Shown piece by piece: positions 35,252 to 35,319 of a stretch of DNA of 35,319 bases. Made by a program: the position numbers and the translations under genes. Origin of the DNA: a virus (lineage: Duplodnaviria > Caudoviricetes); IMG/VR virus record IMGVR_UViG_3300027808_000081, positions 1 through 35,319 of that record; one strand, 5' to 3'. How positions within the stretch are numbered: the stretch's first letter is position 1; the number at the start of each line of letters is the position of its first letter. The notes under the pieces were generated by a model that ran no database searches, was not told the DNA's origin, and saw only the letters and a list, made by a program, of their open reading frames with translations.

Positions 35252-35319
35252 ATGAATGCAATCACCACAAAACGTTTCGTAATCAGAAAGTCGTTGATCG
35301 GAACAAACACAGTAATCAC
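35252..35319 (+). CDS. Early hypothetical protein, copy 2 (partial)
   Basis: MNAITTKRFVIRKSLIGTNTVI..., amino-acid identical to copy 1 with synonymous codon changes. Confidence 0.75.
   Translation, partial: MNAITTKRFVIRKSLIGTNTVI

Overview
AT-rich segment of a tailed (podovirus-like) bacteriophage genome, most likely infecting Bacteroidota/Flavobacteria. Host inference comes from AT-rich, SD-less leaders, a TAnnTTTG promoter, and FISUMP, DUF5675-like and u-spanin-like genes. Nearly everything from 1 to 34067 is one minus-strand late region. In transcription order it holds: two small basic proteins, four tail-fibre/adhesin genes, a lysis cassette, a 43-aa basic ORF missed by the track, GroEL-GroES-wHTH, a cluster of basic low-complexity proteins with an HExxH zincin, a tandem double-GroES protein, putative TerS, TerL, portal, scaffold, major capsid, ring/tail-tube proteins, a split tail muzzle, a GNAT, and the start of an internal-virion protein. 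After a non-coding strand switch (about 34070-34620) a plus-strand early region begins with a duplicated promoter+ORF cassette. The best candidates for new biology are: (i) about 15 copies of an [S/T]P-hydrophobic-x-[Q/K] motif across 8-9 small virion-region proteins surrounding a small zinc metalloprotease, a putative processing or capsid-targeting system; (ii) three paralogues with antimicrobial-peptide-like amphipathic N-termini; (iii) a 48-49 bp structured element present at both ends of the late region; (iv) a three-part phage chaperonin kit. All family assignments are from motif recognition by eye; no database searches were run.
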